Shown piece after piece: positions 41,272-53,929 of a DNA stretch of 64,000 nucleotides. The stretch covers positions 281,356,001 to 281,420,000 of the forward strand of contig OZ024742.1 of assembly GCA_964016885.1 (NCBI GenBank). Reading direction: 5' to 3'. Within the stretch, counting starts at the first letter, position 1; the number at the start of each line of letters is the position of its first letter. The translations under genes were made by a program, and so were the position numbers. The stretch is from Eledone cirrhosa. Its lineage: Eukaryota. A model generated the notes under the pieces. The model was not told the DNA's origin and made no database searches. It worked only from the letters and a program-made list of their open reading frames with translations.

Positions 41272-41467
41272 AAAATGTTCAAGACCCCGACGGCAGAGCT
41301 CAAGCCGTTTCAACGGCCATTTCTGGACGTCCAGAAATAGCCGTCGAAACGGCTTGAGCTCTGCCGTCGGGGCGTTGAACATTTTCCTATTACACACTCT
41401 ACTACCCTAACTATAGAGTACTCTGCTGCGTTATGGTCCATCTGGTTCCTTAACACACTTCCTTCGT

Positions 41468-41470
<3 letters not shown>
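41268..41470. mobile_element. Fold-back element carrying hammerhead 3' half; family also at 38228-38280, ~40980-41022 and 45463-45600
   Basis: Arms centred on tggacgtcca (~41327); GAAACGGC-ttgagctct-GCCGTC forms stem III with a GUC cleavage triplet. Confidence 0.8.
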
Positions 41471-41511
<41 letters not shown>

Positions 41512-41518
<7 letters not shown>

Positions 41519-41950
41519 AAGTTAAATAAAAGTCAAATGATTAAAATTTAGCTTCGCTTATTACTGCTATATATATTTCAGTGACAGCCATCTTTGGCTG
41601 TGACCTCTTCAGGCAGTTTGAATTAGTATGGTATATGACTCCAGTTCCTCAGTGAATTAACAACCCAACAAGGAACTGGGCATATCAGAGTATTGACAAT
41701 ATTATACACCTAAACAACATATGTACTTGTCTATACCATACTAATTCAAACTACCTGAAGAGGTCACAGCCAAAGATGGCTGTCACTGAAATATATATAG
41801 CAGTAATAAACGATGCTAAATTTTAATCATTTGACTTTTATTTAACTTTATTTTACACTACTCCGGAGTAACCAAACCAACCTGCGCACTTCGTCGAGTG
41901 CTCCAGCCTGCATTCTGAGGTGTTGGTATACAACCAACATAAACTCAAAA

Positions 41951-41955
<5 letters not shown>
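41512..41955. mobile_element. Fold-back element with hammerheads at 41563-41617(-) and 41750-41804(+)
   Basis: actgc-CTGAAGA-ggtcacagcc-aaagat-ggctgtcact-GAAA-tatata-TA-gcagt; diverged relative at ~61350-61560. Confidence 0.88.
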
Positions 41956-42005
<50 letters not shown>

Positions 42006-42345
42006 AATGTTATTACGTAAATCAGATAAGAGAAAATCAATGTAAGGAATCAGAGAATGGTTCTCAATGCATCAATTTTTACTTTATTTTATTGAAAGGT
42101 GACTCTTACAGGACAAGGGCTGAAACTCTATCTGATAAAATCATCATCGAACCGAACAGAAATACTCATCTAAACTCATATTTCAATCAATGGATGCCGC
42201 TTATTTTCATCACTTTGGCTCAAAGTAATTTCCATATCTCTAACCGACAGATAACATACAGCAAATAAATAGAATGTAAACCACTAAATTTTATGATTAT
42301 AGCCGCTTGATGAAATTAGCCGTAAATATTCATATATGGGTCCTA

Positions 42346-42396
<51 letters not shown>

Positions 42397-42970
42397 TGTG
42401 TGTGTTTATACGTGTGTGTATGTGTACGTATATGTGTGGTTGTAATCATATTTATGAATGTGTGCATGTACGGTCTATGTCCATGTTTGCTTAAGCCTGT
42501 TTGTTAGTGTATTTGTATGTGTATGTGTATGTTATTCAATTGTGCTTTTATCGTCTGTGTCCGCCTACAGTTATGTAGTGGCTTTTGATGTAATGAAATC
42601 AAACCAACATTGTCCAGTCATGTCAAAGGTCACATCAAATGCCCGCTCTCACTTACACACGCTACACACACAGTTAGCCAAACATAGACAGAGGCACGAT
42701 AAACATTTTTTTAAAAAGTAACGTCACCTTTACCACCAGAACTAAATTACTTATTGATTCAAGATAAACGTATTATAACATCTATATCTAATTAGTAATT
42801 AACTTCTCTGCTTAATTGTTCTCTGTTGCAAAATGTCAGATAAGAAAAAAAGGCATTGTGTTGTGTTGATATGTGTTGATGTGTGAGGGTGAGATAACGT
42901 GGGGAATATATCCTGTTACGGCGCTCTGGTCACTAATAGATGAATATTAGAGGGTCACACTAGACACTTT

Positions 42971-43051
<81 letters not shown>

Positions 43052-43135
43052 CACATAGATTTATATATATATTTACACATAGATATATATGTGTGCATAT
43101 ATACATATATATGTGTGTGTGTGTGTGTATGCATG

Positions 43136-43199
<64 letters not shown>

Positions 43200-43499
43200 C
43201 ATGTGTGTGTTTGTGGGGACATATATATATACATATGTGTGTGAATGTGCGTATGTGTATAGGAGAAGCCACAAAACAACGCAGTAACTGGTGATATATA
43301 TTAGTTTAATACTTGATATAGTACGAAAAGTACTTTTCGGAAGTTAGTCCTTTCTCATATACATATATATCAGGCATAAATGAATCCTTTCTCATATACA
43401 TATATAAGGCATAAATGAATGGACTGAGATTGTTTTGGGCCAAGTGTGGGTGTGGTTAGTTTTTTTTTAATTATTATTAATGTATGTCTTTGGCAAGGG

Positions 43500-43712
43500 T
43501 GAGGCTCAGTAATCTAGAAAGTACCATGAGGGCAAGACGGCGATGGATGCTTGGTCAGGTGCTACACTTTGCAAACCTGTAAAGACCCTGCTGAGGTTTA
43601 TAAAAGAGGTCCTGACAAGCATGGGCCTAAACAGGGATCGTGTTTCACTCGTCTTTTCGTTATCTTCGCCCAACTTTTTGTAGTCCTTTTATATGATATT
43701 AGCTATGCAGGA
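43500..43712 (+). pseudogene. Possible highly degraded RTE RT fragment
   Basis: GPKQGSC...FAQLFVVLL resembles the GVKQGC.LAP.LF motif. Confidence 0.35.
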
Positions 43713-43734
43713 CATATATATATATATATATATA

Positions 43735-44307
43735 TGGTGCACTGGCCAGGTTTCCAGGTTGCCCAATGGCAAGTGGGCCCCAGGGAGCCCACGGTGAAAT
43801 TGCAAGAGCCCACAGTTGCATTGCAGGGCCCACTATATTATTTTAGAGGCCTATGATTTGATTTCAAAAAATACCTGAAATCTAAGAGAAAGAATAATTT
43901 TTTTTTTAATAAATAAAACAATTAAGCAAAGCATTTGGTCAGCCAATTCCGCAGGAAATTACTAGAAACCAAAATATAGGATAGTGCAAATACCTGGAAT
44001 CAGTGGATGTACATTCTACTAAATCTAAAGCTTAGTGTATTCATTCATGCATGCAAACATACATATTTAGACACAGACACACAAGCATATATATATATAT
44101 AGAGAGAGAGAGAGATGAGGGGGGGGGGGGTGAAATCGATAATTAACTGGAGTCTTTTTAAGAATATTTATTGGTTCCTTTACCAGTTTCGCATTTCTTA
44201 ATGTATATATATATATATACATATATACTTACACACGAACTACTGACCAAATAATATTTGGTATCAATGGCTTAAAGACATCTATCAAATCAATTAGTGG
44301 TGAAGGT

Positions 44308-44345
<38 letters not shown>

Positions 44346-44577
44346 AACGCACACAAAGGTCATTATTGAAAGTCTCTGGAATTCGAAAAATACATAATAT
44401 TTTTTATTGGAGAAGGTAAGATATTTTTCCGTAAAAATTTGATTGCACCGTTTTGTTTCCACTTATGTATTTTTTGAAAATGTTATTTATTCATTATAAA
44501 AATTAAATGATAGCATTCTATGTGTAGGTGGGCCCCCTTCATCTGGTAAGACCAATACTTTTAGACCTAGTCCGCCA

Positions 44578-44580
<3 letters not shown>
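43735..44580. mobile_element. hAT-like MITE in (TA)n
   Basis: Right end cctagtccgccactg (reverse complement of cagtggcggactagg), degraded left end, subterminal gggccc repeats. Confidence 0.55.
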
Positions 44581-44647
<67 letters not shown>

Positions 44648-44650
<3 letters not shown>

Positions 44651-45431
44651 GCCAATCATTGTAGGTTTGAATCTAACTGACATGCAAAAACATATATATA
44701 TATAGGAAAAAGTTAAGCCCGAATCACAGTACATTCAAATATCACAGAGAGAAAGATATATATATATATAGGGGGAGGGGGCAGAAATGAGGTAGAACAG
44801 AAATTAAAGATGGATTGAAGGTTAAAATGTAGTCTAGATAGATGTGAAACTAAACGATGATGTAGTTTATGGAACACCCTAATTATTTAGAAGTCGACCT
44901 TAAGTAGAAGGAATAACATTAAGAAAGACATGAACGACACCTCATCATTTTGTTTTGAAAATTTTGAAAGTAGGTTTATAAGTATGAATTTTCATAAGAT
45001 TTTTTTAGTTGTCTCTGTGGCCTAGCGGTAGGTACTAGAGGCGGTGGAGATCGTGGCCGTGAGTTCAATCCTGGTCAAGCGGTACATGTAATCTTTTTCA
45101 ATTGTTATTTTACAATCAATAGAAACAAATGAAAACGTTTACTGGGAACCCTACTCCCCACCAAATTTCAGACCAAGATCACCACCGTCTATGATTCCTC
45201 CAAATAGGCCAGCGAGACAGCTACAAAAGTATGATAAAAATTGATAATTAAAAACCTACTTTCAAAATCAAAGTTAAAATGATATGGTGTCGTTCATGGC
45301 TTTCCTAGAGCTATTATTTAGGGTAATATTTAGGGTCGACTTGCCAATCCTCTGGAACTTTAGTAACAACCTTATTATTCCTAAGTGTGTTTAAATGTTG
45401 AATTCATTTTATTTGATTATTTTAGCAAAGA

Positions 45432-45466
<35 letters not shown>

Positions 45467-46400
45467 AAAAAGTATGACCCCGACGGCAGAGCTCAAGCCG
45501 TTTCGACGGCTATTTCTGGATTTCCCACTCTACTACCCTAAGTATTGAGTACTCTGGTGCGTTATGGTCCATCTGGTTCCTTACCACAATTCCTTTGTTA
45601 TATATATATATAAATGAAAGGTATAGAAAACATATATATATATATATAATGCCAATCATTTTAAGTTTGAATCCGACGTGCAAAAACGTATATATATGAA
45701 TAAAGTAAGCTCAAATCATAGTACATTCAAATATCACAGAGAGATAGAGAGACGGGGTGAAGAAATGATGTGCAACAGAAATGAAACATGGATTACAGGT
45801 TAAAATATAGTCTAGATAGATGTGAAACACAACGAGGAGGATGTTTATGGAACAACCAAATGATTTGGAGGGCGACCTTAAGTAGGAGCAATAACATTAG
45901 GAAAGACATGAACGACACCTCATCATTTTGTTTTGAAAATTTTGAAAGTAAGCTTATAAGTATGAATTTTCATAAGATTATCGTAGCTGTCTCTGTAGGC
46001 TAGTGGTAGGTACTAGACACGGTGGAGTTACTAACTTTGGATTCAATCCTGGTCAAGAAGTAAATGTAAGCTTTTTCAGTTTTTATTTTACAAACCATAG
46101 AAAAAAGACTGGAAATATTTACTGGGAAACCTACTCCCAACCAGGATCGAACTTCAGACCAGGATCACCACCGTCTATGATTCCGCCACGGAGACAGCTA
46201 CAAAAGTATAATGAAAATTGATACTTATAAACCTACTTTCAAGATCAAAGTTAAAAAGATTGGTGCCGTTCATGGCTTTCCGAGAGCTATTAGTAATATT
46301 TAGGGTCAACTTGTCAATCTTCTGGACCTTTGGTAACAACCGCAATATTCCTATTTGTGTTTAACTGTTGAATTAATTTAATTTGATTATTTTAGCAAAT
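44648..46400. repeat. Diverged tandem duplication of a ~760-790 bp unit containing an inverted-repeat element with a tRNA-like core
   Basis: 44648-45435 is similar to 45648-46400; internal inverted arms ~44892-44985 and ~45243-45345; A-box tggcctagcgg at 45018, B-box gttcaatcc at 45063. Confidence 0.85.
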
Positions 46401-46908
46401 GAAGTATCAATATGTTTATTCACAGTTCAGGCACGTTACGCAATCAATCAGCTCGAGATACGGTCGGTAGTAATAGGGCCCTATGTCGGTAGATATATTA
46501 ATTCTTTATAATTATCTCCAAATTATTTGTTGAGCAAAATTTGCCAAAATTACTACTGTGACTGATAGTAGTAGCTAGGCTCTGTCTTAATAGCACCCCC
46601 ACTCCAAGCTGGTTAACCTCAGTGTCACGTGATTGATTCTTTTGAATTTGCCAGTTGACCAAGAAGGCAGTGAATTTTTCAATGGCTTGGAATCTAGCCC
46701 CGCTCGCTTTTTTCCATCCACTGAATTATTTTTATATAAGTTCCCAGTGTCCCCGCATTGCCTGGAAACTTAGCTGAGAATAGACTCTCTGATGACGTAA
46801 GGCTTCTCTATAGTTATTACGTAACTATATTTATCCCCTTACAGAAACTAATTAGTTGGAGTGAAATTTTAGTAAGTCAATTTTCATAACTTTCTTATTT
46901 ACGTCTTT

Positions 46909-47083
<175 letters not shown>

Positions 47084-47088
47084 GGATG

Positions 47089-47164
<76 letters not shown>

Positions 47165-47584
47165 CAGACATACAGATGCCGACGCAAGCGGCCTCAATTT
47201 TCACGCAGCGCTATCTTTCTGCACATGTTAGCATTTCATTATTCATGATAACCTTAATATCTGCTTAATAGCGTCGCGATGATTGCGTATGTATATGTGT
47301 ATATGCATGCTTTGTGTGTGTATGTTTGTTTTATTTACGGTTGGACTATTTATTTGTATGTATGCATGTGCATGATAGCATGTGGGGCTCTGTTTTCTAT
47401 TAACCTTTTATTACATAGATATATATATATATGCACTCCTACACATCTCGGCGTGGGCAGACACCTATGTATATTCATTAACGTAAATGTGTAGGTGTGT
47501 GTGTTTATGAATATGTTTCAATGTATTATATATATGTAAACAAACACACATATAAATACAACCACACAGCACACACACATTATG

Positions 47585-47619
<35 letters not shown>

Positions 47620-47892
47620 GGGTGGTGTATACAAATATTTAAAGACTAGTTATAAATTAGAAACCACTTTCAATTAAAGGAGATAAAGCACCATATTAAA
47701 ATGAATGTGATTTTAAAACTACATATATGGTCAAAAATTTCGCAATGCTCCAGGATTTCAAAAGTTCGTGTCATGCACCATGTTCCCTAAGTATGGATAT
47801 ATATATCTATCTATATATATATATGTACGGAGGATAAGAGGGCTAGAGAGTGTGTGTTTGCGTCTATAGATATACATATATATTTATATGCA

Positions 47893-48070
47893 GAGGTTAT
47901 ATTTAATTTGTCGGGATTCAACAAGCTTCAACATTTTATAACTGATATAAAGCACTCAACAAAGTATCTGATGAAAGCGCACCATAATTTGCCTTGGTTG
48001 TCCTTAAATATATAATAAAAGAATTATGGTTTTATAAATATAGTTTCCATTTATTAAAATATTGTAGATA
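47893..48070. mobile_element. Diverged copy of the 40356 family (inverted tail joined to hammerhead core)
   Basis: 47893-47967 is similar to the reverse complement of 40740-40810; CTGATGA at 47968; atggttttataaatatagtttccatttatt is shared. Confidence 0.75.
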
Positions 48071-48389
48071 TTTATATGTATGTATATATATATAGTATTA
48101 AGGATACTATTTATGGTTATGCATATACAAAAACGTTTTGTAGTTATATATATTTTTTCAAACCTTAAATAGTGATAGGCAGTAATATATTACTACCTTA
48201 TTACCAGTAAGATAAATAGCTCAATGTAATAACATCAGTTGTTTTACAGAGCAGTTATATATAAGTTATATGAATCAAAGTTCTGTTCAAATCATTTATA
48301 TGCTTACAATTGTTTCCTCCAAACCGAGGTTTGGAGGAAACAGTTTTAAGCATATAAATGATTTGAACAGAACTTTGATTCATATAACT

Positions 48390-48439
<50 letters not shown>

Positions 48440-48445
<6 letters not shown>

Positions 48446-48825
48446 TAAAAGGAATTCCAACTTTGTCTGATTTACTCGTTTTATTTACAATCCTTTAAAA
48501 TTTAGCATGGTATTAGAATGGAATAGTATGGTAGAATATTAAATGTTAAGTGTTAATTCAACAAGTACTTTCATGCTTTCGCAATCTTCAGGTTCATAAT
48601 GTGTGGTGACATTCAAGTTTGCAATTGTCAACTGTTGAAAATTGCAAACTTGACTGTCACCACACATGAACCTGAAGATTGCGAAAGCATGAAAGTACTT
48701 GTTCAATTAACACTTAACATCTAATATTCTACCATACTATTCCATTCTAATACCATTATAAATTGTAAAGGATTGTAAATAAAACGAGTAAATCAGACAA
48801 AGTTGGAATTCCTTTTATTAATATA
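48440..48825. mobile_element. ~385 bp fold-back element with a minimal hammerhead on each arm
   Basis: tgaac-CTGAAGA-ttgc-gaaa-gcat-GAAA-gtac-TT-gttca at 48667-48705; mirror copy at 48558-48596. Confidence 0.88.
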
Positions 48826-48860
48826 ATCTTCTATACACAATCATACACACCCGTGTATAT

Positions 48861-48949
<89 letters not shown>

Positions 48950-48950
<1 letters not shown>

Positions 48951-49077
48951 TACCAAATCAACCTTCTCAAATGCAAGTAGATGTTGTTACGGTATGTCGA
49001 ATCTATTTATCTATAAAACTGGTTATATTGTATTTTGTCTGAGGAAGGCATAGCATATTGTTAATATGATATCCCTG

Positions 49078-49085
<8 letters not shown>
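48950..49085 (+). mobile_element. Single-arm copy of the 40356 family ending at hammerhead stem III
   Basis: CTGAGGA at 49039, GAAA at 49077, then directly (TA)n. Confidence 0.85.
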
Positions 49086-49145
<60 letters not shown>

Positions 49146-49721
49146 ATATAAAGGCGCTAAAGTTATTTAGATACATCCGGGTGTTCCATTTAATAAATAA
49201 CATCTGTTGTATTATAATATATATTGCGGTGAGATATAACTTCTCTCACACAGTACATATTAAACAACGAGAGTGCGCACCACTTAACCTTTGCCCGCCA
49301 CTCACCGACGCTCACGCGACGCTTTTACTGCATATAGACATATTCATACATAGAATGGGGCGCCATCGATTTCAACCATCATTTTTTCGAACAATGAAAC
49401 ACCCTAAAATTAACTTGCAGGTTGCTGAACATTTTACCAACACGAGTAACATTAACGCAGTTCTTAGGAAGATTCATCTAGACACTCTATAGTAAGGCAT
49501 TTATTCGATTTACAGGTATATTCATTTCGACGGCATGAAAATAGTTTCCGTCTACCCAGTTTCACTCACTTACCTTGTGTCGGCTCAAGGCTATGGAAGA
49601 TAACACTTGCTTAAAATCTCGTGGAGTTAGATAAAAACCTAAACTCAAATAGCATCCACATTTACACATGTACATATACATACATACGTACACAAGGACG
49701 AGCACGCGTATGTGTTTTGTG

Positions 49722-49784
<63 letters not shown>

Positions 49785-49973
49785 ACTGAACCCGTGGAGT
49801 ACTTCCCCTGTAGTAATCTTTTCTCAAGTCTAGTACTTTTGTTTTCGATTTCGTCTTTCCTAAACAATAAATTACGAGGCATAACTAATCAGTAAACACA
49901 CACGTACACACACACACATACCTATATATATATATATAATATAAAATCAAAAGATGGTTAAAAGTGTTCCATG

Positions 49974-50044
49974 TATTTTATTATGCGCATTTCAAAAACA
50001 AATGTCATCATGGGATGATATTTGCGTTCTCATCAGATAAAATA
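49974..50044 (-). ncRNA. Hammerhead ribozyme (type I, minimal)
   Basis: Minus strand: tattttat-CTGATGA-gaacgcaaat...atttgttttt-GAAA-tgcgca-TA-ataaaata; perfect 8 bp stem I and palindromic stem III. Confidence 0.82.
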
Positions 50045-50710
50045 GTGAGACATGATATGAAGCTTAAAAAATACTTGCGAGCAGTGAAGTGTTAAATCAA
50101 CATGTGTTGATTTAACACTTCACTACTCGTCCCCAAATCACGTGATTGATCCCCAAATCACGTGATTGCGAAGCGATCTTGTCAAAAAAAAAATATATAT
50201 ATATAAAACGGTAAAATAGTTATCAGGTAATTTGAAACTGTTAAAAATGTATCTATGCAGGTCTAATAATCAAATACACAGTAACCATCCAGAAAGAGGC
50301 TTTAAAACAAAAGGCATGAATTTATGATGATGAAACTTTAAAATCATTTAAACGTTCTTAATGGAGGGAGTTATATATCCGAAAGAAAATAAGCCGCGTT
50401 TCTCTGTTCCTATGCCAATATAAGCTTTTATTTACATTCATTAAGCCTACAGAATCATCAAGTACGAGATGTATTTTGTTTTCTTCGCAATTATCGTTTA
50501 TTTAATTTTCACCTCTGCATATTTTCTTTTATTTTGTTATTCCTTCTTGTTATATTTCTTATATTTTAGTTGATCGTCTTGTTATTGCATTTCTTCTTAA
50601 TTTCATTTATCTATTCGTTGGTTTGCTGTTGCAATGTTTCGTATGTATACATATGCGTGTTTGGTTGTGCGTGAGCTTTAGCTAATTTTTCTTTTATATT
50701 GGTTTATACT

Positions 50711-51191
50711 TTAGGCACAAGGCCAGCAATTTGGAGGAGAGGAAACATTATTAAATCGATCCTAATGCGTGACTGGTTCTTTATTTTATCGACCCCCGTA
50801 AGAATGAAAGCCAAATCTAAAGTCGGCAGGATTTGAACCCAGAAGGTAAGAAGCCATACGTTTATAGAGCAAAGCTTTTGTCCAACGCTCTACCAATGCT
50901 GCAAATCCACAGCCGTATACCTCTTTCATAATATTCATAAATGAATCTATCGAATTTCATAACCAACTCTTATCTAGACGCAAAACTAGGTAAGAGACGA
51001 AAAAAAGTAATTGTTTATACTTTTGGCAGAAGGGCAGCAGTTATCCTACTGCATTACTGGTGCTTTAATTTATCGACCCCTTAAGGATTAAAGGCAAAGT
51101 TAACCTCGGTGCGATTTAACACAGATCGTAAAGGGCCGTAACTCTATGCTGCAAAGCATGGCGTCCAACTCTCTACCGATACTACCAATCC
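50711..51191 (-). mobile_element. Two family A SINE copies (50711-50910 and 51009-51191)
   Basis: Reverse-complement match to family A. Confidence 0.8.
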
Positions 51192-51319
51192 AGACGAAAG
51201 AAAATAATGATAACAGCAATGACGACGATGGTTATGATAATCGTAATGTTAATTCAATAATGATAATTCCATATATAAAAAAATAAGAACATTACTTCTA
51301 ATAATTAGGTGAGGCGTAA

Positions 51320-51985
51320 ACAGGGGCAAGTATAACGGACAAGATGTACGTGTCCGCTACCTCCATCCATCGATTTATGGTTAGCTTCCTCTCGGCCCAT
51401 CAGTATGGGAGTGTTCCACCCTGCTCGTTACCTCATCCTAGCTCTTGTCCACCTTGAGGTCGGGCCCAAAACAGACCCCGAGGAAGTTCACCGGTCCATC
51501 CGTCCAGCATCACACGACACTGTTGCATGGCATGGATTTGTTTCTCTAGATGTTGAGTTGCAAACCCACATACTTTTCCGGGTTGATTTTTGCTCTCGTC
51601 AATATTTTGTTTTCCGAGGTTTTCGACACAATTGCGGTGAGGTCGTCCGTATATGCCTACGTAACACTTCTACGTCCCGTTTAAAACGTCATGTCCACCA
51701 TTAATTCCATTTTCCACAGTAACAACTTTAGATCAGTACGTACAGAAGGGAAAAGAGTAGGCATCCTTGTATGCTTGATCTTGAACGGATCCAATAGGTG
51801 ATCGTTAAATTTGACCACCAAAGACGGGAACGAAACTAGTTCATTTGAGAACAGCGTCAATGTATTAATAGTCGACGCTATCAAAAGCTCTCCATTGATC
51901 GAAATTGATTAGAACCCAACCAAAGGCATATTTACTCCCTACCCTCTATGCTGTATCGCATGAGGTGGAATTTGTTGTGTATGGA
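51320..51985 (-). mobile_element. Degraded L1/Tx1-clade RT fragment
   Basis: Minus-strand AYTDDLTAIVS and AKINPEKYVGLQL correspond to AYADDVTVMVS and EKLNRDESVGLQL in ORF 58586..59767. Confidence 0.7.
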
Positions 51986-51989
51986 CAAA

Positions 51990-52436
51990 GTTAACAGACT
52001 GGATATTATTGTAAATACCAAAATAACAAGTATGTTTATTGATTGATATGATCATCTCATTAGATCACAATATTGCGGCAAATATATTTGACAAGCTCAG
52101 AAAATAAAGACGTCCAAATTGAAATTGAAAAAATGGGGTATCTCATGGTGATCACAATACCAGTGATCGTAGGAACACTAGGATTGATAAAAAAAAGAAA
52201 GGAATTATTTTAGAATGATCCCTGATTTACCACCACTGCAAGAATTGTAAAACATTATTTTAACTTACGATCTGAGTTCAAATCCCGCTGAGGTTGACTT
52301 TGCCTTTCATCCTTACGGGGTCGATAAAAATAACTACCAGTAATGCACTGGGTAATTGCTGGTCTTGTGCCTAAAGTAGAAACAATTATTTTAACTGGAA
52401 CGTCTCCCGTATTGCGAAGTGCATTTGCGCTGTGAA
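51990..52436 (+). mobile_element. R4/Dong-like RLE C-terminal remnant interrupted by a SINE
   Basis: NRLDIIV..LLIDM..EIEKMG...TIPVIVGTLGLIKK..LQEL*NII [SINE] LTGTSPVLR. Confidence 0.75.
52266..52390 (+). mobile_element. 5'-truncated family A SINE with target-site duplication
   Basis: attattttaact on both sides. Confidence 0.85.
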
Positions 52437-52714
52437 AAGATAAACATCTATGTATTTTTTTACATAAATTTATTACATTATATTCCATATACTCCATAAT
52501 TAAATAAGTTGTAAATGATTGTGTACTCTTATATTAATAAATATTATTCTATTGTAAATAAAATTTTCAACAGATAAATGTGCACATGTATAAAGCAAAT
52601 GATATATTTTTAACTGTGTAAATTACATGATGTGAACAATTTGGTGCGTTTCATTTGTGACTTACCAGTGTATATCGGGACATACACTCAGCATGATATG
52701 GAAATAAAACTGAA

Positions 52715-52770
52715 AGAAGAAGAAGAAGAAGAAGAAGAAGAAGAAGAAGAAGAAGAAGAAGAAGAAGAAG

Positions 52771-52800
<30 letters not shown>
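52715..52800. repeat. (GAA)n microsatellite
   Basis: Direct observation. Confidence 0.95.
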
Positions 52801-52801
<1 letters not shown>

Positions 52802-52944
52802 CTGATGATGATGATCATCATAATCCTAATACCATGGTTGATTTCGGGTTAACACGGTTGACATTCTGAATATCAAAATATCAGGCATGACATAGAATAT
52901 TTCCGTGAGCAGATATATTGTGCGTGAGGTGCATGGGTGCATTT

Positions 52945-52977
<33 letters not shown>

Positions 52978-53929
52978 TTGTATGTGTGTGTATGTATATA
53001 TATATATATATATAGACGGCGTTGTGAAACCATATTTAAAGAAATATATACGTGTGGAAGGCGATGATGTGCGTGATCGTATTTGTGTGTTGGTGTATGT
53101 TTTCTTCTTGGTTAGTATATGTGTAAAATGCATGTATATACATGTAAGCACATACCACAAATACACACGCACACATACACACACACTGACGACGCACAAA
53201 CACTCAACATACACATACATATATATATATACACATGCACGTATATACATATTTTTTGCGTATGCACGTACGTGTTTGCTTGTATATCGGGAGAATGTAT
53301 CCATATTTTACATCATTTAAATATTTTCAAACACACCTATTTTCTATTAAAACTAAGGGGGAGGATGTGGCATCATATGTAGCGCTCAGAGACTGAATTT
53401 GTAAGTTTTAAATTTGTTTTTCTATATAATGAGTTCAGAAATTGATTCGAACAACCTTATATGTTAACTGTCAAGATTCAATACATATGTTATATAAAAC
53501 TGCCATCTCATCTGTCTGTAGAGATTTGTTAAACAAGAAATTAATTTAGACCAATTTGTAATACCAAGAGATATTTTGTTTTATAATGTACCAACAATCT
53601 TTATAAAATATTTCACAACATTAATAGGAAATGATTTGTGAAATAGCTTGTATGTGTGCCAAGACACGTGGTTTAGTTGTCAGGGCGTTCGTCTCGCGAT
53701 GACAAGGTCGTATGTTTATATAGCCGCAGCGTGTTGTTTTCTTGACCCAACCTGTTTATTTCATGTTGCTGCTATCAATAAAGCTGGCAAAAATGCGTTG
53801 TACCTGTAATTCAAAGATCAGCTTTATCACATGCTGTTATACGCTGTATCTCCATGAGAATGACGTGAAGATTACACGTATCTATAGAACACTCAACCAC
53901 TTGCAAGTTATTTGTACATGGATACTGTT

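Noticed and set aside
45011-45082. Possible tRNA gene (also SINE heads at 21343 and 24463)
   Set aside because: A and B boxes are present but I could not form a convincing cloverleaf; treated as tRNA-derived
46789-46830. CTGATGA-cgtaa...ttacg-TAAC hammerhead-like motif
   Set aside because: GAAA is absent and stems I and III are unconvincing; at most a decayed copy
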